A DNA stretch of 24,000 nucleotides from Prochlorothrix sp. (GCA_035286285.1 JAYKJG010000348.1:1-24000), one strand, 5' to 3'. Numbered from the stretch's first letter, positions 7,339-15,873 are shown. Notes: a model not told the origin generated them from the sequence alone. Numbers and translations: made by a program.

Positions 7339-7689
7339 TTGGATGCCATGTCCCTGAATTGCCCCCACTGCTCCCATTGCAATCCCTCCGGTGCCCTCGT
7401 TTGTGAGCAGTGCTATGCCGCCCTGGATACCCTGCTGAAGTGTAGTAATTGTGGAACCTTGGTGCCCAATCAGGCCATTTTTTGCAGCCAGTGTGGATTT
7501 CCCCTCTCCCTGAATGCAAATCTTCACGCCGATCGGCCAGGGGACTCGGATACGCGGTCCGGGGCAAATTTAGAGCCTCAGCTTAAATTCTCTGCTGAGA
7601 CTGCGGCTCATTCTGAACTGCCCCTCGATCCGCCGCCTTCTACACCGCCCCCTCTACCCCAACCCCCTAGGCATCTCTGGCCGTTATAG
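7339..7689 (+). CDS. Double zinc-ribbon domain protein with a Pro-rich tail
   Basis: Four CxxC pairs occur in the first 55 aa (CPHCSHC...CEQC...CSNC...CSQC), as in double zinc-ribbon modules. The C-terminal half is low-complexity (PPPSTPPPLPQPP). No further domain is seen. Confidence 0.7.
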   Translation: MDAMSLNCPHCSHCNPSGALVCEQCYAALDTLLKCSNCGTLVPNQAIFCSQCGFPLSLNANLHADRPGDSDTRSGANLEPQLKFSAETAAHSELPLDPPPSTPPPLPQPPRHLWPL

Positions 7690-7749
7690 GCTTCGAGACC
7701 ACAGCCTCACCCAGGGCACAGAAACCGCCCTAACCATGCAATGGCTCCC

Positions 7750-7824
7750 GTAGGGGTCGGGTTTTCCGACCCTCTAGGGGTCGTCGGGTCTTCCGACCCT
7801 GTAGGGGTCGGGTCTTCCGACCCT
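7750..7824. repeat. Three tandem 24-27-bp units, each containing the hairpin GGGTCGG-N5-CCGACCC
   Basis: Units are gtaggggtcgggttttccgaccct (7750-7773), ctaggggtcgtcgggtcttccgaccct (7774-7800) and gtaggggtcgggtcttccgaccct (7801-7824). They lie between the zinc-ribbon gene and coaX. Confidence 0.85.
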
Positions 7825-7867
7825 CTTAGGAAATTGTCGGTTTTGGCCTCAAATTCTGACCACCCTT

Positions 7868-8698
7868 GTGACCCCTACTCAGCCTATGCCGCCTCGATCG
7901 TCCCAGCCCTGTTTAGCGGTAATGGTGGGCAATAGTCGCCTCCATTGGGCTGTTTTAGGTCTAGAAACCCTCGATCGCGGCCCCAATCCCCCTCCCCTAA
8001 CCCTAGATGGCCCTCACCTGGAGGATGCACCCTCGATCGATCGCTGGCTGCCCTATCTCCAGTCCCTCCCCTTCCCACCACTAGCCCAGTCCTGGATCCG
8101 TTCCCAGCAAGAACCGCCTCCCTTGCGCCTTACCTCAGTTAATCCGGCCCAAACCACTTGCTTTAGCACTTATCCCCAGCTTACCGTGCTCCAGCTTGCC
8201 GATATCCCCCTCGGTCAAGTCTATGCCGGTTTGGGCATCGATCGAGCCTTGGCCCTGTGGGGGGCGGGACAGTGCTATGGCTGGCCAGTGTTAGTGATTG
8301 ACGGGGGGACAGCTTTAACAATTACAGGCGGTGATAGTCAACGTAATTTAGTAGGCGGAGCGATTGCGCCCGGACTAAGGCTACAATGGCACAGTTTACA
8401 GCAGGGAACGGGACAATTACCGTGGGTCCAGTGGTCGATCGAGCAGGGCTTACCCGATCGTTGGGCACGATCGCCGGAGGAAGCGATCGCCAGTGGCGTT
8501 TTGTACAGCATTATGGCCGGTTTACAGGGGTTTATTGAAGACTGGGAACAGCGGTATGGGGCCAGTGCGATCGTGATCACCGGGGGCGATGGTGAATTGT
8601 TATGTCAGTTTTTAAAGCAGCAATTTCCAAGCACAACGTGGCAAAATCACCTGTATTTCAATCCTCATCTTATTTTTACAGGTTTTATCAGTCTTTAG
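7868..8698 (+). CDS. coaX: Type III pantothenate kinase
   Basis: Motifs are LAVMVGNSRLHWAV (N-terminal phosphate-1 motif), VLVIDGGTALTITG, GGAIAPGLRL and AIASGVLYSIMAGLQGFIE...IVITGGDGELL. The start is uncertain: GTG 7868, ATG 7886 or ATG 7922. Confidence 0.85.
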   Translation: MTPTQPMPPRSSQPCLAVMVGNSRLHWAVLGLETLDRGPNPPPLTLDGPHLEDAPSIDRWLPYLQSLPFPPLAQSWIRSQQEPPPLRLTSVNPAQTTCFSTYPQLTVLQLADIPLGQVYAGLGIDRALALWGAGQCYGWPVLVIDGGTALTITGGDSQRNLVGGAIAPGLRLQWHSLQQGTGQLPWVQWSIEQGLPDRWARSPEEAIASGVLYSIMAGLQGFIEDWEQRYGASAIVITGGDGELLCQFLKQQFPSTTWQNHLYFNPHLIFTGFISL

Positions 8699-8771
8699 CG
8701 CTATAAACTGTAGCACCATCAAGCTGTAGCGCCATAAACTGTCGTTGTGCGATCGCCTGCTCCAGTTCTGG

Positions 8772-8895
8772 TTGACTGACAAAAAATTCTGCTTTGGGCG
8801 CGGTTTTCGCGCCCCTACAAGACCTTTAGGATCCTAGGGATCAGATTTCCTGAACCGCTCTCTGTGCCTCGGTTTGACCCACTTTTGTCAGTCAA
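8772..8895. repeat. 124-bp MITE-like unit bounded by a perfect 13-bp inverted repeat
   Basis: TTGACTGACAAAA (8772-8784) is the exact reverse complement of TTTTGTCAGTCAA (8883-8895). Inside is a GC hairpin GGGCGCG-gtttt-CGCGCCC (8796-8814). A further cttgactgac occurs near 8941-8950. Only one full copy is in the window. Confidence 0.5.
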
Positions 8896-9018
8896 TCAGG
8901 CTCCAATCCCTCAGTCATCGCTCCCTCCCCATCTAATGAGCTTGACTGACCCCCACTTTACCTTTAGTCCCCTTTCCCTCTACCGTTGACAGTGGACTGC
9001 TTACCCCCACTGTGTGCC

Positions 9019-10233
9019 ATGGTTCCTGTTATAACTGCCTTACTAGCGCTTTCCCTTGTGATTTGGCTGTTTTTGCTGCTGGCCTGGGGTCAGTTCTGGC
9101 GTTGTGACCAAAAACTCCCCGATCGACTGCCGCACCCCCTCGATCCGGCCCAAGCGCCCCCGATCGCCGTTGTCATCCCCGCCCGCAATGAAGCTGAAGG
9201 CATTGGCACCTGTGTCACCTCCCTGCTCAGCCAGGACTACCCCGGTTCTGTGCGTCTTATTGTGGTGGACGACCAGAGCGACGATGGGACGGCTGAGATC
9301 GCCCGATCGACAGCCCAAGCCCTCAAGGCAACCCATCCCGGCACAGCCGATCGCCTCACGGTTCTGCCCGGTCAACCCCTCGCCCCCGGTTGGACCGGCA
9401 AACTCTGGGCCTTGGAGCAAGGGACTCGCTATACCCAGACCTTAGACCCCAAACCCCAGTATTTACTGCTCACCGATGCGGATATCGCCCACGATCGGCA
9501 AAATTTGAGCCAACTCGTTCACAAAGCTGAAACAGAAAGCTTAGATCTGGTCAGCCTGATGGTGCAATTGCGCTGTAAAAGTAACTGGGAAAAGCTCTTA
9601 ATACCCGCTTTTGTCTACTTTTTCCAACAACTTTACCCCTTTCCTTGGGTTAACAATCCGCAGCGCAAAATGGCGGCAGCAGCAGGGGGCTGTGTTTTGC
9701 TGCGATCGACGGCCTTAAACCGCATTGGGGGCATTGGTGTTCTGCGGGATGCCCTCATTGATGACTGCACCCTAGCCGCCCAGGTTAAGGGCACTCTCCA
9801 GCCCAAAAACCGTAGTTTTTTTCCCATTTGGCTAGGTCTTGGCCCAAAAACCCAAAGTCTACGGGCCTATGACACCCTAGATAGCATCTGGACCATGGTT
9901 GCCCGTACAGCCTACACCCAGCTTCAATATTCGCCGTTACTCCTAGCTGGTACCCTCATCGGCATGGTTTTGGTTTACCTGATGGCCCCGATCGGCCTTC
10001 TCACCGGCCTAATCACCCAAAATCTCAGTTTTATCCTCCTAGGCGGCGGAACCTGGCTCCTCATGGCTCTCTCCTACTGGCCCACGGTGCGTCTATACCA
10101 AATCTCACCCTTTTACGCCCTCACTCTACCCTGGATCGGCTTCCTCTATACCCTCATGACCCTAGACTCCGCCCGCCGCCACTGGCAGGGCAAAGGGGGA
10201 GCCTGGAAAGGCCGCGTTTACCCTCAAAATTAG
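9019..10233 (+). CDS. Family-2 glycosyltransferase with C-terminal TM helices (resembles hopene-associated HpnB-type GT2)
   Basis: GT-A motifs are VAVVIPARNEAEGI, LIVVDDQSDDGT, GWTGKLWALEQG, LLLTDADIAH and AAAGGCVLLR. Several hydrophobic helices follow. The HpnB assignment is from memory and tentative. The track start is TTG 8986; I prefer ATG 9019. Confidence 0.85.
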   Translation: MVPVITALLALSLVIWLFLLLAWGQFWRCDQKLPDRLPHPLDPAQAPPIAVVIPARNEAEGIGTCVTSLLSQDYPGSVRLIVVDDQSDDGTAEIARSTAQALKATHPGTADRLTVLPGQPLAPGWTGKLWALEQGTRYTQTLDPKPQYLLLTDADIAHDRQNLSQLVHKAETESLDLVSLMVQLRCKSNWEKLLIPAFVYFFQQLYPFPWVNNPQRKMAAAAGGCVLLRSTALNRIGGIGVLRDALIDDCTLAAQVKGTLQPKNRSFFPIWLGLGPKTQSLRAYDTLDSIWTMVARTAYTQLQYSPLLLAGTLIGMVLVYLMAPIGLLTGLITQNLSFILLGGGTWLLMALSYWPTVRLYQISPFYALTLPWIGFLYTLMTLDSARRHWQGKGGAWKGRVYPQN

Positions 10234-10259
10234 GTGTAAATATGAAAAAACACTAATGC

Positions 10260-10766
10260 TTGGCTTTACTGGAGAAGCCTGTGAATACCTTTGACTTTCT
10301 ACCTAAATTGCCAGAAGAACAGTGTCAGGCACTGAAGGATCAAGCCGCTATGATTCGGCGGCTATACTTGAAAAAACCGATCGGTCAGAGTAATGTTGCG
10401 ATCGGGGAGGTCTATTTAGCCAATGGCCTGTGCTTTGGGGCAGGGGCTACCTCTAAGCGTCAAAGTCCAATTCCGAAACCTCTACCCCGATCGCAAGGGG
10501 GACAATTTGAGCCAATCTGGGTTTCCTACAACGAGCGGATCATGGATACAGATGCTGAGTTGAAGGTCTTGGACGCAATTGCTACAACCTTGGCAACGCG
10601 CTACGATCGAAGCGTCTCCGGTTCTTTGTATCTCTACACAGAACTCAAACCTTGCCCCAGTTGTCGTGGGGTTATAGAGCAGTTTCAGGAAAGATTTCCT
10701 AATATCTGCCTTTTTATAGCCTGGGATATCACTTACCCTCCTATCACTTTGAGCAATTCCCTATGA
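10260..10766 (+). CDS. Small stand-alone deaminase-fold protein (polymorphic-toxin-type nucleic-acid/nucleotide deaminase-like)
   Basis: 168-aa ORF. D98-A99-E100 (10551-10559) and P131-C132-P133-S134-C135 (10650-10664) lie 32 residues apart. This matches the [HCD]AE ... PCxxC zinc and catalytic signature of the cytidine-deaminase-like fold. The following CRGVIEQFQERFPNI resembles toxin deaminase tails. No secretion or trafficking domain is present. The likely start is GTG 10281, preceded by GGAGAAG (10271-10277). Confidence 0.6.
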   Translation: MALLEKPVNTFDFLPKLPEEQCQALKDQAAMIRRLYLKKPIGQSNVAIGEVYLANGLCFGAGATSKRQSPIPKPLPRSQGGQFEPIWVSYNERIMDTDAELKVLDAIATTLATRYDRSVSGSLYLYTELKPCPSCRGVIEQFQERFPNICLFIAWDITYPPITLSNSL

Positions 10767-11671
10767 GTCACCCTGCCCCTCTTCAGCACCATACCTTCGC
10801 TGCTACCGACCTCCCCCAGTCCATCGTCTCCATCCTCAATCAGGTCAGTGAGTACCGCTATGGCGAATTGTATGAAGAGGGAGGAGACCAGAGTTTGTCC
10901 CTAAAGACTGCAATTAATTACGTTTTTGACGCTTTAGAGTCATCTAGGCCGCAAACCTATCCTCAGTTAAGCCAAGCTCGTTATATCTGGATGGCACTGT
11001 TGCTAAGTATTGCGGTCTGGCCCGGTTTGGAGTTTTACCAGCCCCAAAACCCCTGTCCCCAGGAAACCGTTAACCGTCTAGAGCTTTGGTTATATCTCTG
11101 GCGTTCTCTAAAACGTTCTCAGGATTGGGATGAGTTAGACACATTACTGGGACAAGAGCCAGATATCAGTCCTTGGGAAAATTGGCCAAAATACCCAGTC
11201 AAAGACTCCTGTCCTAGCCTACAGCTTGTTACCGATTGTATTTGGGCCTATGAAAATGCCCAAAGAACGCTAATACGAGCAGAAGCGCGTTCAGCCTGTT
11301 TCGATCTGGTGGAAAGCTGCCTAGAAGACTATGCCATCATGGCAGGCTCAGCCCAGCGTCGAGACCTGTTTGACTGGTGGCTCTGGGCTGTGATTCCCGC
11401 AACGTTGACTTTTTCTAAACCAAAATGGTGGTTTGAGCCACAGCACAACGCAAAAGCGGTATTTCTCTCCTTCTCTCCTAGCCTAGAGCAGTCTCTTAAA
11501 GCCCTTAAAGCGCTGATCTACTTCGAGTCAGCAGAAGTCTACAACCCGCCCCATCCTCCCCAGTCCCAGAGCTTGAACAAATCGAACAGATCGACCTTAA
11601 TCCTCCATAAACCTCAAATTTCAACTTCATTCACCCGTAGGCCCGACTGGACCCGCCAAAGACCGGCATAA
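10763..11671 (+). CDS. Hypothetical Trp-rich helical protein; candidate cognate immunity or antitoxin partner of the deaminase-like protein
   Basis: 302-aa ORF whose ATG (10763) overlaps the upstream TGA (ATGA). I recognise no motif. It is rich in W and acidic residues. Its last ~19 codons overlap the 3' end of the convergent ABC gene, so the true C-terminus is uncertain. Confidence 0.6.
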   Translation: MSHPAPLQHHTFAATDLPQSIVSILNQVSEYRYGELYEEGGDQSLSLKTAINYVFDALESSRPQTYPQLSQARYIWMALLLSIAVWPGLEFYQPQNPCPQETVNRLELWLYLWRSLKRSQDWDELDTLLGQEPDISPWENWPKYPVKDSCPSLQLVTDCIWAYENAQRTLIRAEARSACFDLVESCLEDYAIMAGSAQRRDLFDWWLWAVIPATLTFSKPKWWFEPQHNAKAVFLSFSPSLEQSLKALKALIYFESAEVYNPPHPPQSQSLNKSNRSTLILHKPQISTSFTRRPDWTRQRPA

Positions 11672-13398
11672 ACGCCGTTCAGGGCTAGCAACTGCTCATG
11701 GGTACCCTGTTCGACCAGATGCCCCAGTTCCATGACGTAAATACGATCGGCATGGCGAATTGTCGATAACCGGTGGGCAATGGCGATCGTGGTGCGATTT
11801 TCCGTAATATGATCCAACGATCGCTGAATGGCGGCTTCCGTTTCGTTGTCTACTGCACTGGTGGCCTCATCCAAAATAAGAATGGGCGGATCCTTGAGCA
11901 AGGCACGGGCGATCGCCAGCCGTTGCCGCTGGCCTCCAGAGAGTTTTTGCCCCCGTTCGCCCACGATCGTGGCGTAACCCTGGGGTAACGTCTCAATAAA
12001 ACCATGGGCTTCCGCCAATTTTGCCGCCTCCTGCACCTGGGCATCCGTCGCCCCAAAGCTGCCATAGCGAATATTATCCGCCACCGTCCCATGGAACAAA
12101 AACACATCCTGGCTCACCCAGCCCACACAGCGCCGCAAATCCCGCAGATTTAGCTCCCGAATATCCCGCCCATCCAACAAAATCCGGCCTTCTTGCAGTT
12201 CATAAAACCGCAGCAGGAGTTTAACCAAGGTACTCTTGCCGGATCCCGTGGAGCCAACGACCCCGATCGTCTGACCCGCAGACACAGTAAGGCTGAGGTT
12301 GCTGATAACCGGCGATCGATCGCGGTAGGCAAAGGTAATCTGGTCAAACTCAATGCTGCCTTCAACTTGGGCCGGATTTAGGGGCTGGGTGCCGGGACGG
12401 ATGGCGATCGGGGTATCCAGCAGATCCAAAATGCGGCGAGTCGAGGCCATGGCCCGCTGATATTGATCCAGGGTATCCCCCAGGCGCACGAGGGGCCACA
12501 GCAGCCGCTGGGTAATAAAAACCATGACACTATAGGTGCCCACAGCCAAAGTACCTTCAACGGCAGAAATTCCGCCAAAAAAGAGGGTTGCCGTAAAGCC
12601 AATCAAAATCAAAATCCGGATCAGAGGCACAAAGGCGGCACTGAGGGCGATCGCGTTGCCGTTGCTGCGGCGGTAGGCTTCACTTTCCAGGCTGACTCGA
12701 TCGGCTTCGTAGGGTTCAGCGGCAAAGCTTTTAATGGTAGCCATGCCAGTTAAGTTATTGGCAAGGCGCATACTGATGAATCCGGCTTTATCGCGCACTG
12801 CGGCGTAGCGGGGGGCTAGTTTTTCTTGAAAAGCAAAGGAACCCCAGAGAATAAAGGGCATGGGTAACATCGCCATCCCGGCAACACCAGGGGCAAACAT
12901 AAAAAAGCCCCCCCCCACCACAATCACCGTGGTAATGACTTGGAGAATTTCGGTCGCCACCCGATCGAGGAATCGCTCCAACTGGTTCACGTCATCATTC
13001 AAAATCGCCAGCAGTTGGCCGGTGCTCCGTTCTTCAAAAAAGCCCATTTCTAGCTCTTGCAGGTGGGTATAGGCATCTAGCCGCAGTTCATGCTGAATGG
13101 TTTGGGCTAAATTGCGCCAGAGGCAGCTATAGGCGTATTCAAAGACGGATTCCAGCCCCCAGACGATCAGGGTCAGGATCGATAAAATGGCGAGTTGGGT
13201 GCGAATACCGGGAAATCCCCAAGTGGCGAGGAGGGAATCCTGTTGCTGCACCACGACATCGACGGCCATACCGATGAGGACCGGGGGGGCAAGGTCGAAG
13301 ATTTTGTTGAGGATGGAGCAGAGGGAGGCAAGGAGGACGGTGGGGCGGTGGGCGCGGCTGTAGGTGAGGAGCCGCTGGAGGGGGTGGGGGGTAGGCAC
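11614..13398 (-). CDS. ABC exporter, fused permease/ATPase (MsbA/ABCB-type)
   Basis: 594 aa with an N-terminal six-helix TMD. Motifs are Walker [11 protein letters not shown]-loop, signature LSGGQRQR, Walker [13 protein letters not shown] and H-loop IAHRL. Confidence 0.93.
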   Translation of the reverse strand: MPTPHPLQRLLTYSRAHRPTVLLASLCSILNKIFDLAPPVLIGMAVDVVVQQQDSLLATWGFPGIRTQLAILSILTLIVWGLESVFEYAYSCLWRNLAQTIQHELRLDAYTHLQELEMGFFEERSTGQLLAILNDDVNQLERFLDRVATEILQVITTVIVVGGGFFMFAPGVAGMAMLPMPFILWGSFAFQEKLAPRYAAVRDKAGFISMRLANNLTGMATIKSFAAEPYEADRVSLESEAYRRSNGNAIALSAAFVPLIRILILIGFTATLFFGGISAVEGTLAVGTYSVMVFITQRLLWPLVRLGDTLDQYQRAMASTRRILDLLDTPIAIRPGTQPLNPAQVEGSIEFDQITFAYRDRSPVISNLSLTVSAGQTIGVVGSTGSGKSTLVKLLLRFYELQEGRILLDGRDIRELNLRDLRRCVGWVSQDVFLFHGTVADNIRYGSFGATDAQVQEAAKLAEAHGFIETLPQGYATIVGERGQKLSGGQRQRLAIARALLKDPPILILDEATSAVDNETEAAIQRSLDHITENRTTIAIAHRLSTIRHADRIYVMELGHLVEQGTHEQLLALNGVYAGLWRVQSGLRVNEVEI

Positions 13399-13544
13399 GG
13401 TTTAGGGATTTGCTAGGGAAATTACGGATATGCTTATCCTAGCTTGCTTGGTCGTTGCTGCTATTGTGGGCAGATTGCTCTGCGAGGGAGGTTAAGGAGA
13501 GGTGGGATCCCAGGGGCCGACGATCGCCTCACCTGTTTCGTTTC

Positions 13545-13640
13545 GTCATGCTCCTCACCGACTCCCCTAGCATCCGCGATGTCATCGCCTTTCCCCTCCT
13601 CCGCCCCGAAAAAGCTACGATTGCTGATGGTAATGTCTAG
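13545..13640 (+). pseudogene. lysS: Orphan 3'-terminal fragment of lysyl-tRNA synthetase (last ~30 codons only)
   Basis: It translates to [51 protein letters not shown] is the conserved class-II LysRS C-terminus (compare E. coli ...[22 protein letters not shown]). No synthetase body lies upstream, where sequence runs into the divergent ABC gene promoter. A GGGGG-AGCTG-CCCCC hairpin followed by T-rich sequence sits at 13686-13716. Confidence 0.7.
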
Positions 13641-13755
13641 CCCGCTGAGGTGAATGCCGAATCGTGATCGTTCTCCGCTATAATTGGGGGAGCTGCCCCC
13701 TTAACCTTATTCTTTCAGCCTTTAATTGTCCTACTCACACCTACTAGAGGCTCCT

Positions 13756-14877
13756 ATGGGACTTCAAGAAGAACTAGAGCAAAAACGCCAAGAAATTCGG
13801 ACAGACTCTTACTCTATGTCCGTCGGAGAATTGATCAGTCTTTACCAAGGAAAGGAAATTGAGATTCATCCCCAGTTTCAACGGTTCTTCCGATGGTCTA
13901 CAACCCAGAAAACCCGTTTTATTGAGTCTCTCTTGATTGGTTTGCCGATTCCTCAGATTTTTGTCTCTCAGAGGAAGGATGGAGTGTGGGATGTTGTGGA
14001 TGGCCTACAGCGACTGTCTACGATTTATGAGTTTGTTGGGATTCTCTGCGATGAAACAGGTGAACGGAAAGCACCCTTGATCTTGGAGCAAGGGGAAACA
14101 CTACCATCCCTGAAGGGTAAAAAGTGGGAGGATGGCTATGATCCTGATAACTCCCTAACAAAGGCTGAGCGCCTCTTGATCAAGCGGGCCAAGCTGGAGG
14201 TTGCTATCCTAGTCCAAGGGAGCGACCCGAATGCACAGTATGAATTATTTCAGCGTCTCAATACAGGCGGATCGATTGCGACGGACCAAGAGATTCGCAA
14301 CTGTCTTCTCATTATGGCGAATCCAGATACCTATGACTATATCAAGGATCTCAGTAGCAATGAGCACTTCAAAGACTGCATTGCTTTATCTGACAAGGCA
14401 AGCGCTGAACAGTATGATTTAGAGCTTGTTTTAAGATTCCTGCTCTTTCGGACCATTCCAGAGGAGAAGCTCAAGAAGATTCCATATCCCGACATCAGCG
14501 ACTACCTCACCTATTGTATCCGTCAAGAGATCATTAAGGATCCCGATGACTATGAACGGGATAAGGAAGCCTTCACCACAACCTTTGCCTTGCTAGCGGG
14601 AAGCCTTGGCGATCGCAGCTTCCGGAAGTACTATCCTGCGCAAGATCAGTTCAAAGGAGGCTTTCTCGTCTCTGCATTTGAAGCGATCGCCTTGGGTATT
14701 GGTTACAACTACGATCGGCTCTGTACCCAATCCCTTGACCTAGAGGCAAAGGTAAAAGACCTCTGGCATAATCCGTGCTTCACCAATGCCTTAGGTGGAT
14801 CCTCCAAAGGTAGCATCAGCACTCGCAAGCGATTACAAACGATCTTACCCGTAGGGCGGGAACACTTTAAGGTATGA
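13756..14877 (+). CDS. DUF262 domain protein (ParB-like/GmrSD N-terminal NTPase-type domain) without a DUF1524 nuclease domain
   Basis: Motifs are IHPQFQRFFRWSTTQKTRFIESLLIGLPIPQIFV and WDVVDGLQRLSTIYEF, the DUF262 QR...W / DGxQR signature. No His-Me/HNH motif is visible in the C-terminal ~230 aa. I prefer the start at ATG 13756 with tagagg upstream; the track start is 13726. Confidence 0.85.
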   Translation: MGLQEELEQKRQEIRTDSYSMSVGELISLYQGKEIEIHPQFQRFFRWSTTQKTRFIESLLIGLPIPQIFVSQRKDGVWDVVDGLQRLSTIYEFVGILCDETGERKAPLILEQGETLPSLKGKKWEDGYDPDNSLTKAERLLIKRAKLEVAILVQGSDPNAQYELFQRLNTGGSIATDQEIRNCLLIMANPDTYDYIKDLSSNEHFKDCIALSDKASAEQYDLELVLRFLLFRTIPEEKLKKIPYPDISDYLTYCIRQEIIKDPDDYERDKEAFTTTFALLAGSLGDRSFRKYYPAQDQFKGGFLVSAFEAIALGIGYNYDRLCTQSLDLEAKVKDLWHNPCFTNALGGSSKGSISTRKRLQTILPVGREHFKV

Positions 14878-15524
14878 GCAAGGTTCGGACTCTGGAGGAT
14901 CTTAGCAACCGCTTGAATGACGATCTGACTTGGCGTAAGCGGGAACTATCTAAACTAAAGGCAATGATTGAAACTGAGCGGTCTGATATGGAGCGCAGTC
15001 GTGTTTTGTTACGGAGTGGCTTGACTCTGTTATATGCCCATTGGGAAGGCTTTATTAAAGAGGCCGGGTCACTATACTTGGAGTATGTGGCAATGCAACG
15101 GCTCAACTACGATCAACTGACTAGTAATTTTCTGGCACTGGCTTTTAAGAAACGTCTAGCGGAGGTGAATGAGACCCATAAAGCAACTATCTATACCACA
15201 AGCTTAGACTTTATCCGGTTTCAACTGTCTCAACGTAGCCAGATACCCTACAAAGAAGGTATAAGAACTGGATCCAACCTTTCTTCAGAGGTACTCAAGG
15301 AGATTATTTGTATCCTGGGATTAGAGTATGACTTCTATGAAACGAAGCAGAAACTGATTGACACAAAACTGCTTGCAAAGCGGAATCAGATTGCCCATGG
15401 TGAATACTTAGACCTAGATGCTGAGGACTATGCAGCACTACAGAAGCAAATTATCACCATGATCGATCACTTTAAAGCTCAAATTGAAAATAATGCTTCT
15501 CAAGAAAAGTATAAATCGCCCTGA
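14874..15524 (+). CDS. HEPN-type predicted RNase (resembles the MAE_28990/MAE_18760 HEPN-like nuclease family)
   Basis: 216-aa all-helical ORF with the Rx4H motif in AKRNQIAHGEY near the C-terminus. Its ATG overlaps the DUF262 stop (ggtATGAgc, 14874-14877). Confidence 0.8.
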   Translation: MSKVRTLEDLSNRLNDDLTWRKRELSKLKAMIETERSDMERSRVLLRSGLTLLYAHWEGFIKEAGSLYLEYVAMQRLNYDQLTSNFLALAFKKRLAEVNETHKATIYTTSLDFIRFQLSQRSQIPYKEGIRTGSNLSSEVLKEIICILGLEYDFYETKQKLIDTKLLAKRNQIAHGEYLDLDAEDYAALQKQIITMIDHFKAQIENNASQEKYKSP

Positions 15525-15873
15525 TCCCATAACTCTAATATGAACTGCTTGTAATACTGAAGTAGCTCAGACTAAATAAAGGGAGGTATGGGCTACAGCA
15601 GAATAATAGTTTCAGCGACCTTAAGTGCCCATTACTTTCCCCGATCTACTTATGCTTACATCAACACCCGATGGCATGACTGCTTCTTACTCCTTGCTCA
15701 CCCAAACCCAGTAGCATATTTTTCCCTAGGCGCTCCAACGCCTTCTGTCTCCCTGGGTACTCCAGGGGCCTTGCACTGGACACAGAGCCTCTGAAAGACG
15801 TTCCTGCACTGAGCCGGGGAACGAGAGAACAGACAGTACTGACAGCTAGCATCTCCCCCAGCTTAACTTTGGC

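Noticed and set aside
7680-7750. A frameshifted continuation of the zinc-ribbon gene (the alternative frame reads GRYRLRDHSLTQGTETALTMQWLP*), suggesting a disrupted larger protein
   Set aside because: The alternative frame is only ~24 codons long before a stop. No FHA, kinase or other domain follows before coaX begins. The evidence is not enough to call a pseudogene.
7741-7935. 64-aa ORF MAPVGVGFSDPLGVVGSSDPVGVGSSDPL...
   Set aside because: Its periodic sequence is simply the translation of the three tandem hairpin repeats at 7750-7824.
13444-13653. Track ORFs 13444-13653 and 13455-13640 as intact small genes
   Set aside because: Only the last ~30 codons of the 13455 frame resemble anything, namely the LysRS C-terminus. 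The upstream part has no synthetase similarity, so I report it as a gene fragment.
15588-15794. 68-aa ORF in the spacer between the two convergent modules, preceded by aagggagg; a possible small third component or antitoxin
   Set aside because: The Shine-Dalgarno-like GGAGG is only ~1 nt from the ATG, which is too close. The peptide has no recognisable features, and an overlapping antisense ORF of similar length exists. It cannot be supported without expression or conservation data.
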